Assembly: GCA_027624315.1 (NCBI GenBank)
Contig: JAQBXX010000005.1
Coordinates: forward strand, 51 to 64,050
DNA: 64,000 nt
DNA from: Pseudomonadota bacterium
Lineage (GTDB): Bacteria; Pseudomonadota; Gammaproteobacteria; SURF-13
Direction of reading: 5' to 3'
Below, piece after piece: positions 10,883 to 21,104 of the stretch. A program made the position numbers and the translations under genes. Each line of letters starts with the position of its first letter. Position 1 is the first letter of the stretch. The notes under the pieces were generated by a model, which did not search any database, had not been told where the DNA came from, and saw only the letters and a program-made list of their open reading frames with translations.

Positions 10883-11910
10883 AGGTGCTGATTGTCAAAA
10901 CATCTTCTCTCGGAGACGTGTTGCACACGCTGCCCGCGCTGACCGATGCCGCGCTGGCGCTGCCCGGCATTCGTTTTGACTGGGTAGTGGAGGAAGCGTT
11001 TGCGGAAATCCCTGCATGGCATCCGGCAGTGGACAGGGTGATTCCTGTTGCATTGCGGCGCTGGCGCAAGCACCCATTACAGGCATTGCGCAGCGGCGAG
11101 TGGGGCCGCTCCCGTGATGCGTTGCGCGCGGATAGTTACGCCAGGATTATTGATGCCCAAGGGCTGTTGAAAAGCGCTGTGCTCACAAGGATGGCGCGCG
11201 GCACACGTTGTGGCTTGGACCGGGCCTCTGCGCGTGAGTCACTGGCTGCGCTCGCCTACCATGAGCGTTACGCCATCCCCAAGGGACAGCTGGCCATAGA
11301 GCGCTTACGTCAATTGTTCGCAGCCGCCCTGAATTACGAGGCACCCGCCAAGGCGCCTGACTATGGCATTCGACGTGCGTCCCCACCCACCGGGAGGTTG
11401 TCCGATAAGGTGGTTTTTGTGCATGGCACGACCTGGTCAAGTAAACTATGGCCCGATGAGTATTGGGTACAACTGGCGCAGTTGGTCAATGAGGCTGGCC
11501 TGGGAGTCCAGCTGCCGTGGGGCAGCGCAAGAGAATTAGAGCGAGCACAAAAAATTTCAGGGGCTGCAAAAAATGTCGAGATACTGCCCAAAATGGATCT
11601 GGCACAGATAGCCCAGGTACTGACCTCCGCGCGCGGCGTGGTGGGGATTGATACAGGGCTGACCTATCTTGCGATCGCGCTGGGTGTGCCCACCGCCACC
11701 CTCTACGGAGCCACACGGCCGGAGTTCATGGAGATGCCAGGGCAAGGACAACGGTATATTCGCGCTGACTTTGGCTGCTCACCGTGCATGGCGCGCACGT
11801 GCAGTTATCGCGGTGAGTCGGTGGTTCAGCCTGCATGTTATCAAACCCTGCCGCCGGACACGGTATGGCGCGCCGCCGGGGAGTTGTTCGATGCTTACAG
11901 ACGCGCCTGA
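10879..11910 (+). CDS. waaC: LPS heptosyltransferase I
   Basis: KTSSLGDVLH, DAQGLLKS, HGTTWSSKLWP, GIDTG. Confidence 0.93.
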   Translation: MKVLIVKTSSLGDVLHTLPALTDAALALPGIRFDWVVEEAFAEIPAWHPAVDRVIPVALRRWRKHPLQALRSGEWGRSRDALRADSYARIIDAQGLLKSAVLTRMARGTRCGLDRASARESLAALAYHERYAIPKGQLAIERLRQLFAAALNYEAPAKAPDYGIRRASPPTGRLSDKVVFVHGTTWSSKLWPDEYWVQLAQLVNEAGLGVQLPWGSARELERAQKISGAAKNVEILPKMDLAQIAQVLTSARGVVGIDTGLTYLAIALGVPTATLYGATRPEFMEMPGQGQRYIRADFGCSPCMARTCSYRGESVVQPACYQTLPPDTVWRAAGELFDAYRRA

Positions 11911-12970
11911 CTTCTCTGCCGTGAGGCGTGTGCTGGTGATGAAGCTGCGTCATCATGGCGATGTGCTGCTGACGTCGCCCGTATTTTCAGCATTGAAAAA
12001 CCATCTGCCACACGCAGAAATTGACGCGCTGGTCTATCATGAAACGCGGGAGATGCTGACCCTGCACCCTGCAATTGATAACGTATTCACTGTGGACCGG
12101 GGATGGAAGCGGCGCGGCGTACTGCAGCAGTTGAGTGCAGAAGTGAAGTTGCTGCGCACCTTGCGCGCCAGGCGTTATGATTTGCTGATTCACCTCACCG
12201 AACATCCGCGCGGGGCCTGGCTGCGGCGCTTGCTGGGTGTGCGCTACAGCGTGGCGCGCATGTTTGCCGGCAGGCGAGGCGCGTGGTGGCGCAGCAGCTT
12301 TTCACACCTCTATCCATTGCCCGCCACGCCCCGGCACACCGTCGAGTGCCATCTCGACGCATTGCGCAGGATCGGAATCTACCCGCGCGATGATGAGCGT
12401 GCGCTGGTACTGGTGCCCGGTGCGGAGGCTGAGAATTTCATTGGCGCGATGCTGGCTAGTCACGGCTTAAGAGGCAAGGATTTTATTCATTTTCACCCCA
12501 CCTCACGCTGGTTATTCAAGTGCTGGGAGGATGAAAAATGCAGCGCCTTGATTGATCGATTGCAGGCTGCGGGCGAGCGTGTCGTTGTTACTGCGGCGCC
12601 GACGACGGCCGAGCATGATCGCGTGCGTCGCATACTCAATAAAGTGAAGTCTCCAGTGGTGGATGTATCCGGCCAATTGAATCTGAAGCAGCTTGCGGCG
12701 TTGACGCGGCGTGCCAAGTGTTTCGTCGGCGTCGATTCAGCGCCTATGCACATAGCTGCGGCGATGCAAACACCGGTGGTTGTGTTGTTCGGGCCAAGCG
12801 GTGAGATGGGCTGGGGGCCGTGGCAAGTAGTGCAGCGCGTGATCACCTCACGGCATACCTGCCGACCCTGCGGACTCGATGGCTGCGGCGGCGGCAAGGT
12901 CAGCGAGTGTCTGACGTCGATCCCTGTCGAGCGCGTCTTGGGCGCCGTCAACGAACTATTGGCGATATAA
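11891..12970 (+). CDS. waaQ: LPS heptosyltransferase III
   Basis: KLRHHGDVLL, HPTSRWLFKCW, GVDSAPMHIAAA; ATG 11891 overlaps the end of waaC. Confidence 0.88.
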   Translation: MLTDAPDFSAVRRVLVMKLRHHGDVLLTSPVFSALKNHLPHAEIDALVYHETREMLTLHPAIDNVFTVDRGWKRRGVLQQLSAEVKLLRTLRARRYDLLIHLTEHPRGAWLRRLLGVRYSVARMFAGRRGAWWRSSFSHLYPLPATPRHTVECHLDALRRIGIYPRDDERALVLVPGAEAENFIGAMLASHGLRGKDFIHFHPTSRWLFKCWEDEKCSALIDRLQAAGERVVVTAAPTTAEHDRVRRILNKVKSPVVDVSGQLNLKQLAALTRRAKCFVGVDSAPMHIAAAMQTPVVVLFGPSGEMGWGPWQVVQRVITSRHTCRPCGLDGCGGGKVSECLTSIPVERVLGAVNELLAI

Positions 12971-14100
12971 TGAAGTCCCTCAACATCGCGCTGATCCGCC
13001 AGCGTTACACGGCGGATGGAGGGGCGGAACGTTTCACGGAGGGTGCCATGACGGCTCTCCGGGCAGAAGGGGTGGGCGTTACGCTGATCACCCGCGCCTG
13101 GCGGGCACAGGGTGGCGTTGCGGCGGAAATATGCAATCCGTTTTATATCGGCAGTCTGTGGCGCGACTGGGGGTTTGCGCACGCTGTACGCCGGTTGCTG
13201 GAAACAAAAAAATATGACCTGGTGCAGTCGCACGAACGCATCGCATGCTGTGGCATCTATCGCGCCGGCGACGGCGTGCATCGCGAATGGCTCAGGCAGC
13301 GCATGCGCACGCTCGGTATCTTCGGAAAGCTGCGCATTTGGCTCAGTCCCTACCATCACTATGTCAAATCCTCTGAGCTGGCCTTGTTCCGCAGTTCACG
13401 GCTGCGCGCCGTGATTTGCAATTCGCACATGGTGAAAAGTGAAATACAGCGCTATTTCGCGCTGCCCGGGCACAAGCTGCATGTCATTTATAACGGTGTG
13501 GATGTTCAGGCCTTCAGCCCTGAGTTGAAGCGTCACCGTGATGCTGTCCGCAAACAGTTCTCCATCCCCCAAGAGGCCACACTGTTTTTGTTCGTCGGTT
13601 CCGGTTTTGAGCGCAAAGGTGTGCGCATGGTGCTGGAGGCGATGGCGCAGCTGCCGCTCAACGCCTGTTTGATTGTGGTGGGCAGGGACAAGCGGCTCAA
13701 AAAATTCTTGCAGCAGACCAAAGCGCTGAAGATTGAGAATCGTGTGCGCTTTGTGGGCGTGCAATCCGATGTCAAGCCGTTTTACGGCGCAGCGGATGCC
13801 TTGGTGCTGCCCACCCTGTATGATCCTTTTCCCAATGTGATTTTAGAGGCCATGGCCGCAGGCTTGCCGGTGATTACCAGCGCCCAGTGTGGAGCGGCGG
13901 AGTTGATTGAGCACGGCAGAAACGGTTATGTGTGCGATGCGCTGGACACACCGGCGCTGATCGAGTCCATGCGCGCGCTGATGAACGCCGGGATTCAAAA
14001 GCAGATGGCCGATGCAGCACGCAGCACGGTGCTGCCCCTGAATCAGGAAGCGATGGTTGAGCAATTAGTGCAGTTGTATCAGGGATTGCTGGCGGGCTGA
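12970..14100 (+). CDS. GT4 glycosyltransferase (WaaG-like LPS core glucosyltransferase)
   Basis: GGAER, FVGSGFERKG, YDPFPNVILEAMAAGLPV; translationally coupled (TAATG). Confidence 0.85.
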   Translation: MKSLNIALIRQRYTADGGAERFTEGAMTALRAEGVGVTLITRAWRAQGGVAAEICNPFYIGSLWRDWGFAHAVRRLLETKKYDLVQSHERIACCGIYRAGDGVHREWLRQRMRTLGIFGKLRIWLSPYHHYVKSSELALFRSSRLRAVICNSHMVKSEIQRYFALPGHKLHVIYNGVDVQAFSPELKRHRDAVRKQFSIPQEATLFLFVGSGFERKGVRMVLEAMAQLPLNACLIVVGRDKRLKKFLQQTKALKIENRVRFVGVQSDVKPFYGAADALVLPTLYDPFPNVILEAMAAGLPVITSAQCGAAELIEHGRNGYVCDALDTPALIESMRALMNAGIQKQMADAARSTVLPLNQEAMVEQLVQLYQGLLAG

Positions 14101-15200
14101 TGCATATCGTACACACCGAATCATCGCTCGGCTGGGGCGGGCAGGAGATACGCATACTGGAAGAGGCCCGCGGCCTCATTGGACGCGGTCACGATGTCCG
14201 ACTCGCCTGCCCGCAGGAAGCGCGCATTTACACCGAAGCGGCCCGCTACGGTGTGCCGGTCCACGCCCTGCCCATCGGCCGTAAAAATCTCAAGGGACTG
14301 CTGGCGCTACGCCACTGGCTGAAAATTCATCCCGTGGATGTCATCAACACCCACAGCTCCACAGATAGCTGGCTGGCCGCCCTGGCCTGTGTCAGCTTGC
14401 ATGGTGCGCCGCCCATCGTGCGCACCCGGCATATCTCCACGCCTGTAGCCAAAAGCTGCACTTCCCGCTGGCTTTATGGCAAAGCGGTAAAGCACGTTGT
14501 GACGACTGGCGAAGTGCTCAGGCAGACCCTCATCCATGATCTCAGGCTGGCCCCAGAACGCGTAACCTCGGTGCCCACCGGTGTCGACGCGGCCCGTTTC
14601 GTGCCCGGTGACAAGGCCGCTGCGCGACGTGACCTGGGTCTCGATCCTGAAATACACTACCTCGGTATCGTCGCCACCCTGCGCAGTTGGAAGGGGCACC
14701 GCTACCTGCTGGAAGCCTTCCATCAGCTTGCAGCCCCCGGTTGGCAACTTCTGATCGTTGGTGATGGCCCACAAAAAGAGCATCTGAAAAATAAAGTTAA
14801 CCAACTCGGACTAGAGAGCTGCGTGATTTTTACGGGTCAACAAAACAACCCGGAACGGTGGCTTCAAGCGCTAGACATATTCTGTCTCCCCTCCTATGCC
14901 GATGAAGGAGTGCCGCAGGCCATACTCCAGGCGATGCTCACCGAACTGCCGATCATCACGACCCCTGTAGGGGCCATAATGGAAGCTGTAAGCGATGGGA
15001 AAACAGCTTGTATCGTGCCGCCAAGGGATGCAACAGCGCTAGCGGGTGCCATAAAGGCATTAATAGAGAACCCTGGGCAATGTTCGGCCATGGGAAGGCA
15101 AACACGTAAAGATGCCGAACAAAGATTCTCTTCCGGGAGTATGCTGGAGAATATGGAGGCGATATTTGATCTTGCTGCATGCGATCGGCCATCCTCTTAA
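14100..15200 (+). CDS. GT4 glycosyltransferase
   Basis: HTESSLGWGGQE, LRSWKGH, EGVPQAILQAM. Confidence 0.88.
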   Translation: MHIVHTESSLGWGGQEIRILEEARGLIGRGHDVRLACPQEARIYTEAARYGVPVHALPIGRKNLKGLLALRHWLKIHPVDVINTHSSTDSWLAALACVSLHGAPPIVRTRHISTPVAKSCTSRWLYGKAVKHVVTTGEVLRQTLIHDLRLAPERVTSVPTGVDAARFVPGDKAAARRDLGLDPEIHYLGIVATLRSWKGHRYLLEAFHQLAAPGWQLLIVGDGPQKEHLKNKVNQLGLESCVIFTGQQNNPERWLQALDIFCLPSYADEGVPQAILQAMLTELPIITTPVGAIMEAVSDGKTACIVPPRDATALAGAIKALIENPGQCSAMGRQTRKDAEQRFSSGSMLENMEAIFDLAACDRPSS

Positions 15201-15218
15201 GCATGACTTGTTATTGTT

Positions 15219-16364
15219 TTGGTTGAGAGGTTCACATACAAGGTGCATTCACAAACGATGCAAAGATTGCTCTTCAAGCTCACACTATATTTTCTATGGG
15301 TACATAGCCGCTTTGGCACTAAGCGAGCCAAGACTATCGTGGTCTGCTGCCCCTTGTTCATCGGGGATATGGTGTTTACCTTCCCTCTCTTGCGGAGCAT
15401 CAAAAAAAGATATCCAGATTACCAACTGATCTTCCTTTGTCGGAAGGAGTTTCAATCACTGGCGGCCCTCAACCCGGACATTGATACTGTTCTGCATATC
15501 GATAAAACAGCTAACAGCCTCTTGGCGGTCTATCCCAAGATTTCACAAGCAACCTATTTCTTAACCCCGATGGCAAATTATTGGATAAAGCTCGGCCGGG
15601 CGATAGCTGCCCATGAAATATGGTATCTGAGCAAAATGGCTCAGCCATCATCGATGCCTCCCATAACGCAAAGCTTTTCTGCTTCGCCCAAGCATATCTC
15701 GGAATACCTATTGCAGATAAATATCGCAATGGGCGGTGAGTCAAATGTCGACAACAGCCCCTACCTTAGAAATCAGGAGCTATATCCCACACTAGTCGTT
15801 ATCCAATGTGACGGCAGGAACCAAAGCATAAAATCCTTCACAACGGATCAGTTAGCCAACCTCATTAAGCTTGCCAAAAAATATCCAGTAGATATTCGGT
15901 TGATGGGCATGTACGCACCTGAAAAGCGATTGAATGAAGACAGAATAATCGACGTGCGAGGATTAACTGGATTTGACGATTGGCTGAAAGATATATTGAG
16001 GGCCAGGCTCGTCATTGGGCTTGATTCAGCTGCAGCCCAGATTCGTAAAGCCGCCGGCCTGCCAGCCTGCATCCTGATGGGCCCAGCCGCTACGGATTTC
16101 TTCGGCAATAGCCCGTTTTTCCCCTCAATCGACCTCATCGACAACAGGAATCTACCCTGCCGAGATAGAGGCACATTCCAAGGAATCCATTTCCCAAGCC
16201 TGAAAAACTGTCAAAAATCTGCCTGCGACCATCCTGAGGGCAGGGTTTGCGTGGAGGGCGCTGTTTTTGCAGAATTCATGGTACTAGTCAATCGGCATCT
16301 GGCGAACAGCTTCCCCCGCCCACTGCCTGATCCCTATGATGGAGGGGCAACCCGTCTGACATGA
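15219..16364 (+). CDS. Divergent GT9 (heptosyltransferase-like) glycosyltransferase
   Basis: IGDMV...LLRSIK, IGLDSAAAQI, Cys4 C-terminal motif; the start may be ATG 15258. Confidence 0.75.
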   Translation: MVERFTYKVHSQTMQRLLFKLTLYFLWVHSRFGTKRAKTIVVCCPLFIGDMVFTFPLLRSIKKRYPDYQLIFLCRKEFQSLAALNPDIDTVLHIDKTANSLLAVYPKISQATYFLTPMANYWIKLGRAIAAHEIWYLSKMAQPSSMPPITQSFSASPKHISEYLLQINIAMGGESNVDNSPYLRNQELYPTLVVIQCDGRNQSIKSFTTDQLANLIKLAKKYPVDIRLMGMYAPEKRLNEDRIIDVRGLTGFDDWLKDILRARLVIGLDSAAAQIRKAAGLPACILMGPAATDFFGNSPFFPSIDLIDNRNLPCRDRGTFQGIHFPSLKNCQKSACDHPEGRVCVEGAVFAEFMVLVNRHLANSFPRPLPDPYDGGATRLT

Positions 16365-16471
16365 AGCCTAGTGTCAACGAAATCGAGGGAAGATGCAGCA
16401 CCGATTTTCGGACGGTGTTAAATTAGAGTTTGGCTGGTTTGACAGCATCCTCCTGGTCTCACTTCGCATGC

Positions 16472-17512
16472 TCAGTCGGTGTTATGGATAGCCTCCATTA
16501 CCTCCTTGACTGTGATGCCGGCGATCTGCCCGGCTCGCTCGATTAAGCAGCATCCATCTGTCCATGGTAGCCAGGTGTCCTTGATCTGGACGCCGGACAA
16601 GACGGTGACAGGTAGTCTCAGCATTGCTGCCAGATGTGATACGCCACCTTCCTGGCAGACTACATGGTCCAGTGTCTTGATTTGTGCAATCAGTGCGGCA
16701 GTCCCCTTCGGGTGAATGGATGTAAGAATGGGGGGCAGAGGTACCTTGTTTTTTTTGCTCAAAAATACCTTAACCTCATGGCCTGCATCATTTAAACCGG
16801 TGGCCAAATCGAGCCATTTTTCATAAGGCCACTGGCTTTGTTTTCTGTTTGATTCCGGGAAGAGTCCAATCCGGAGGCCTTGATTTGGGTGCCTTATGTG
16901 AGTTGCCTTGGGAGGGGCTTCGAGAGGTAAGCCGGCGCGATTGAAGACGTTGGCAATCCGTATGAGCTGGTGCGCTTCCCACAGATCTCTTTCCATAGGC
17001 CGGCAATCATCCAGGGCGATTTGCCATATCCTGGGTTCGCTCTTATGGGCGACAGCCAACTTGTAGCGTGCGCGCACGGCTGCCAGTAGCATGATGGCCT
17101 TGCTGGAATAGGCTGCGGAACCATTCAGCGCAATATCGAAGACCCGTGCGCGTAGCTGCCGCACTGTCGGATGTAAGAAGAGTCCGAATGGGCTTCCAAG
17201 ATATTTCTCAGGCAGTTCCAGAACTTCGATCCCGGGCAGGGCTTCCCGAAATACCGGAGCAGCATAGGAGTTGCTGAGTACGGTGATGCTTATTGATGGG
17301 TATTCACGCCGTAGTTGCTGAAGAATCAGGGCGGTGATAACGGCATCTCCAATCCGGTTCCTTCGGACTACCAATATGGAGTCGATTTTCCGGGGCAGGG
17401 CTCTGGGTTTGTGGAAGCTGGCCAATCCCAGATAAAGACCCGCCCCTAGCCGCCTTAACAACCATTGCCATGGCTGCTTTATCAGGTCGGTTGGCTTTTC
17501 AATTTTCTGCAT
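16472..17512 (-). CDS. GT9-family glycosyltransferase
   Basis: RRNRIGDAV, QWPYEKW, EGGVSHLAA. Confidence 0.78.
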   Translation of the reverse strand: MQKIEKPTDLIKQPWQWLLRRLGAGLYLGLASFHKPRALPRKIDSILVVRRNRIGDAVITALILQQLRREYPSISITVLSNSYAAPVFREALPGIEVLELPEKYLGSPFGLFLHPTVRQLRARVFDIALNGSAAYSSKAIMLLAAVRARYKLAVAHKSEPRIWQIALDDCRPMERDLWEAHQLIRIANVFNRAGLPLEAPPKATHIRHPNQGLRIGLFPESNRKQSQWPYEKWLDLATGLNDAGHEVKVFLSKKNKVPLPPILTSIHPKGTAALIAQIKTLDHVVCQEGGVSHLAAMLRLPVTVLSGVQIKDTWLPWTDGCCLIERAGQIAGITVKEVMEAIHNTD

Positions 17513-17535
17513 TGGCTGGTTTCACATAAGTCACA

Positions 17536-18684
17536 TCAGAAATTGTCTTGCTGCCGATGCGTTGAAAATTTCTCCAGGGCATGCGTCAAGGCGTCCAGGG
17601 AGATGCCTGCAAAGCAATGCCTCGTCTCGAAGAGACACGCACTGCGCTGACAGTTCTTTATCCAGCCAGTGTGTATGCCATGGACTATGCTCTTGTCCTG
17701 GCAGTCGAGTGGGGCGCAGGATAGATTGAGGGATTGCGGACTTAGCCCCCAATCAGCGCCGAATAAATTGACGTCCGACGGCCCCATAACCGCCAGGCAG
17801 GGCACGGAAAACAGCCTGGCCCAATGTGCAACCCCAGTATCCACGGTGACGACATATTTGGCTCGTGCCACCAAATCCAACAGCTCACCCAAATCTGTTG
17901 CGTCGATCCTGTCATGTATTTGATGTGCGTGTGCCGGAAAATCACGAAGCAAGCTCCGCAAACCATCAAGGTAGTTCTGGTCGATTGATCTCCCAGTCAG
18001 TACAAGATGTTCCCCATTCGCCAACAAGCGGCCCACAATTAAGTGCAGCATCTCAGGTGGCCATAGGCGAGCTGGAATGCTGGCCCCAATGTGCAGAATC
18101 ACATGGCCGCGCGTACGGGTCTCGCTTGGGAGGCTCATCTTGGCATAGGGCGGTGTAGGCGTCGTCACCCCCAGCTTGCTGCCCAAGGTAAGGATTGCTC
18201 TGGCCAGGGTTTGAGGTGATCGGGGGAACTCGTGTAACTCATCGACTAATGCGGTGTGCCTTCCTTTGGGATCCGCGTGGCTGATTACCTTACCTGCCGG
18301 GAGTTTCGAGACCAAGGGCAAGAATTTCCAGGAAAAAACATTGATAATCTCCGCATACCCGCTTGGTGATGCGTCCACCAAGCGAATCAGTGCACGCCAA
18401 CCAAGTCTCTCGACAGCCACAACCCTGTCGGCATACAAGTAATGCGCTGTTGTTGCCAGACTCGCCCGTGTAAGCAAGACAATCTGTTTATCGGGATTGG
18501 ATTCCTTCAGCGCTTTGAGCAAGTAGCCTGCCATCGCCAAATCCCCGAGCAGGAGATACCCAAGCACAAGAATAGGGCGCTCGCTGTCACCGCATCTGGC
18601 CGTCCTTGACCTGGCTATGGCATAGAGCCTTCCAAGGGCGAGGACGCTGAGCTTGTCGAGGCTATGAATCAGCCTTGAGAACAT
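17536..18684 (-). CDS. GT9-family glycosyltransferase
   Basis: LLGDLAM, HIGASIPARLWP, VDTGVAHWA, Cys4 tail. Confidence 0.8.
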   Translation of the reverse strand: MFSRLIHSLDKLSVLALGRLYAIARSRTARCGDSERPILVLGYLLLGDLAMAGYLLKALKESNPDKQIVLLTRASLATTAHYLYADRVVAVERLGWRALIRLVDASPSGYAEIINVFSWKFLPLVSKLPAGKVISHADPKGRHTALVDELHEFPRSPQTLARAILTLGSKLGVTTPTPPYAKMSLPSETRTRGHVILHIGASIPARLWPPEMLHLIVGRLLANGEHLVLTGRSIDQNYLDGLRSLLRDFPAHAHQIHDRIDATDLGELLDLVARAKYVVTVDTGVAHWARLFSVPCLAVMGPSDVNLFGADWGLSPQSLNLSCAPLDCQDKSIVHGIHTGWIKNCQRSACLFETRHCFAGISLDALTHALEKFSTHRQQDNF

Positions 18685-19609
18685 GTCTTTCCATCCATTT
18701 CCGCATAAGGCGCGGGGTATGTTTCAGCACCTTGTTTCTCTTGGTATAGTCATCAGGAATATATCCATGCCAAGGTGATTGCGCCAGATATCTGTTGAAA
18801 CGCCACTTGAATGGGTGACTTCCCAGGTAATGCCAGGGTTTGAGCTTTGCAGCAAAGTGGACAATCATGTCCGGCAAGAATCCCGTGAGCCCCATCCTGG
18901 CCAATAGTCCATAAAGTCTCAAGCGCCACTTGTTTTCACGCGTGGGAAGCAAGTTCCAAACCGACGGCAAGAATAAGGCTTGCGCCCCCAAGACAAGATT
19001 CAGGGCATCCTGATCGTGGAAGCGCAAATGGAGGCTGCTGTCTGCAATTACTTGCATGAGCTTGTCCCCGACGTGTTGGCGCTTCCATGCGCCAACGTCA
19101 ATCAACATCACCCCTGAATTGAAATAGCGCAGGGGCTTGCGGGCGCCAAGGTGCGACAAATTGAGGTAGGGTGCATCTGCGACCACTCCAACAGCACGCC
19201 CATCGAGATTGACATCCCATAATTTCCGCAACGACCCAAGAACCAAGGTATCGGCATCAAGATAGATGACGCGCTCAACCGCGTGGGGCAACTTATCCGA
19301 CATGAATAGGCGCATATAAGCCGCGGCATTTATACGGCCGGATTCGTAAAGGTTTGATGGAAGATACTCCCTGCTGAATGGCACCGGACGAAGAACAACC
19401 CCTTGGCTGGCTGCATGTCCGGAAACTTTCCGGATGACATCATCGGGCACTTCGAGGGCAAACCAATAGAGAGTGATTCGAGCCTCCGTCACTGTACCGC
19501 ACAGTGAGCTGATCAATACTGCCAAAGGCATTGCATAGTTGGCATCGGAACAAGTCAGCAGGTTGATATTGGCCGGGGCTCTCTTCATATCATCGTAGAA
19601 TAATGGCAT
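18662..19609 (-). CDS. GT8 glycosyltransferase (LgtC/WaaI-like)
   Basis: SDANY, YLDAD, YFNSGVMLID, HDQDALN, HFAAKLKPW; start at ATG 19609 or 19588. Confidence 0.88.
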   Translation of the reverse strand: MPLFYDDMKRAPANINLLTCSDANYAMPLAVLISSLCGTVTEARITLYWFALEVPDDVIRKVSGHAASQGVVLRPVPFSREYLPSNLYESGRINAAAYMRLFMSDKLPHAVERVIYLDADTLVLGSLRKLWDVNLDGRAVGVVADAPYLNLSHLGARKPLRYFNSGVMLIDVGAWKRQHVGDKLMQVIADSSLHLRFHDQDALNLVLGAQALFLPSVWNLLPTRENKWRLRLYGLLARMGLTGFLPDMIVHFAAKLKPWHYLGSHPFKWRFNRYLAQSPWHGYIPDDYTKRNKVLKHTPRLMRKWMERHVLKADS

Positions 19610-19834
19610 CGGGGTAAGACCAGATAGGCTAGTCTGCCACCTGACGGCTAAACAGGTCGAGCATGGCGGCCAGTTACAGCCAGCTCTCATTGGCAAGGTG
19701 TGATCAATCCCGGTCTTTAAGGGTCTCGGTAATGACAAAGATGAGGTCTGCACCACAAAGAAACCGGTTAAGACTATAATGCAATTGCCCACAAACAACC
19801 ATGGGCGTTAATTGTGGCCAAGGAATAGCCGGGA

Positions 19835-21073
19835 ATGATAATGATAACAATGTTCAAGCGTCCGGCAGAATTTATTCTGCTGCTGGGGTTGGTGATGGCG
19901 CTGCCTCTGCTCGAGGCGCCGAAGAATCTGTTGTGGGGTGCGTGGATTATAACTTGGCTGTACCATCGGGTGCGAGACAAGGATTACGGCGGGCCTTGGG
20001 ATGCCTGGGATAGCTTGATCGCACTGTTGATCGCATCGGGCTATGTGGGTGTGGCGTTTGCCGGTTTGCATAACAAAGAATGGGGTGGAGCCAATGACAT
20101 CCTGCGCTACGGCAGTATCCTGTGGGCCCTCAAGCGCAGTGGTTATGGAGAGCGAGAATTCCGTTGGCTGATCGTAACCGTGATTATTTCCACCCTGATC
20201 GCATTGGGTGCCACGCTCTGGGGCTTGTATGTGTCGCACAGTCACGGAACCTTGAAGCTGCACTCCGTGGGGCATGTCAATCATAGTGCGATTTATCTTG
20301 CCATCAGTTACGGTATTGCCTTGGCGGCGGTGATGGCCTTTTGGGGGCGGCTGGGCTGGATGACGCGCGTGGCGGCTCTTTTCGCCACCGGTGCATTTGC
20401 GACAGGGGTGTTTATCACCTCCAGCCGCGGGGCCGTGGGCGCCATGCTTGTGCTTACATTTTTCATGAGTCTGGCGTGGTCAAGGAGATCAAAAGCTATT
20501 GCCGCCATCACCATGGCGACGCTGATTGCGACAGCGTACATTACCTATTCCAGCAAGGTGAACGTGTTCACCAAGCACCAAGGTAGTGTGGCCACCGATG
20601 ATGTGTTGTCACACAGGGGGGAGATATGGAATGCGGCTGTGGTGACGTGGCGGCAATTCCCGCTCTTCGGCGTGGGCATGGGCAACTATAGCCAGATCAG
20701 CACGGAACGCATCAAGCAATGGGTCGAGGCCTCAGGGCGTACTTACGTGGCGAGCAACTATCTGAGTTATGCGCACGGCCATAGCCTATATCTCAACACC
20801 CTGGCTGAGCGTGGATTGTTCGGTCTTGGGGTGCTGGTAATATTGCTATCAGCCTGGTTTTATGGGCTGCTGCGTTATCTGCCCGGCGTGCACGATGAGA
20901 ATATGGCCTGGATGCTATGGGGCGGCAGCCTCAGCGCATGGCTGGTGACGGTGGGCGTGGGGACGGTCAACACGACGCTGCATCATGAGCACGCCATTTT
21001 AAGCGTGTTGATGCTGGGGACATGGCTTGCGTATCTCGGTTCGAGTCTGCGGCCCAAGAAAGGGGATGCGTGA
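19835..21073 (+). CDS. waaL: O-antigen ligase family membrane protein
   Basis: Polytopic; TSSRGA, RGEIW...PLFGVG, HGHSLYLNTLAERGLFG. Confidence 0.82.
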   Translation: MIMITMFKRPAEFILLLGLVMALPLLEAPKNLLWGAWIITWLYHRVRDKDYGGPWDAWDSLIALLIASGYVGVAFAGLHNKEWGGANDILRYGSILWALKRSGYGEREFRWLIVTVIISTLIALGATLWGLYVSHSHGTLKLHSVGHVNHSAIYLAISYGIALAAVMAFWGRLGWMTRVAALFATGAFATGVFITSSRGAVGAMLVLTFFMSLAWSRRSKAIAAITMATLIATAYITYSSKVNVFTKHQGSVATDDVLSHRGEIWNAAVVTWRQFPLFGVGMGNYSQISTERIKQWVEASGRTYVASNYLSYAHGHSLYLNTLAERGLFGLGVLVILLSAWFYGLLRYLPGVHDENMAWMLWGGSLSAWLVTVGVGTVNTTLHHEHAILSVLMLGTWLAYLGSSLRPKKGDA

Positions 21074-21104
21074 TGCAGGAGCCAGGGAGGGTTATGGTAA
21101 TTCT

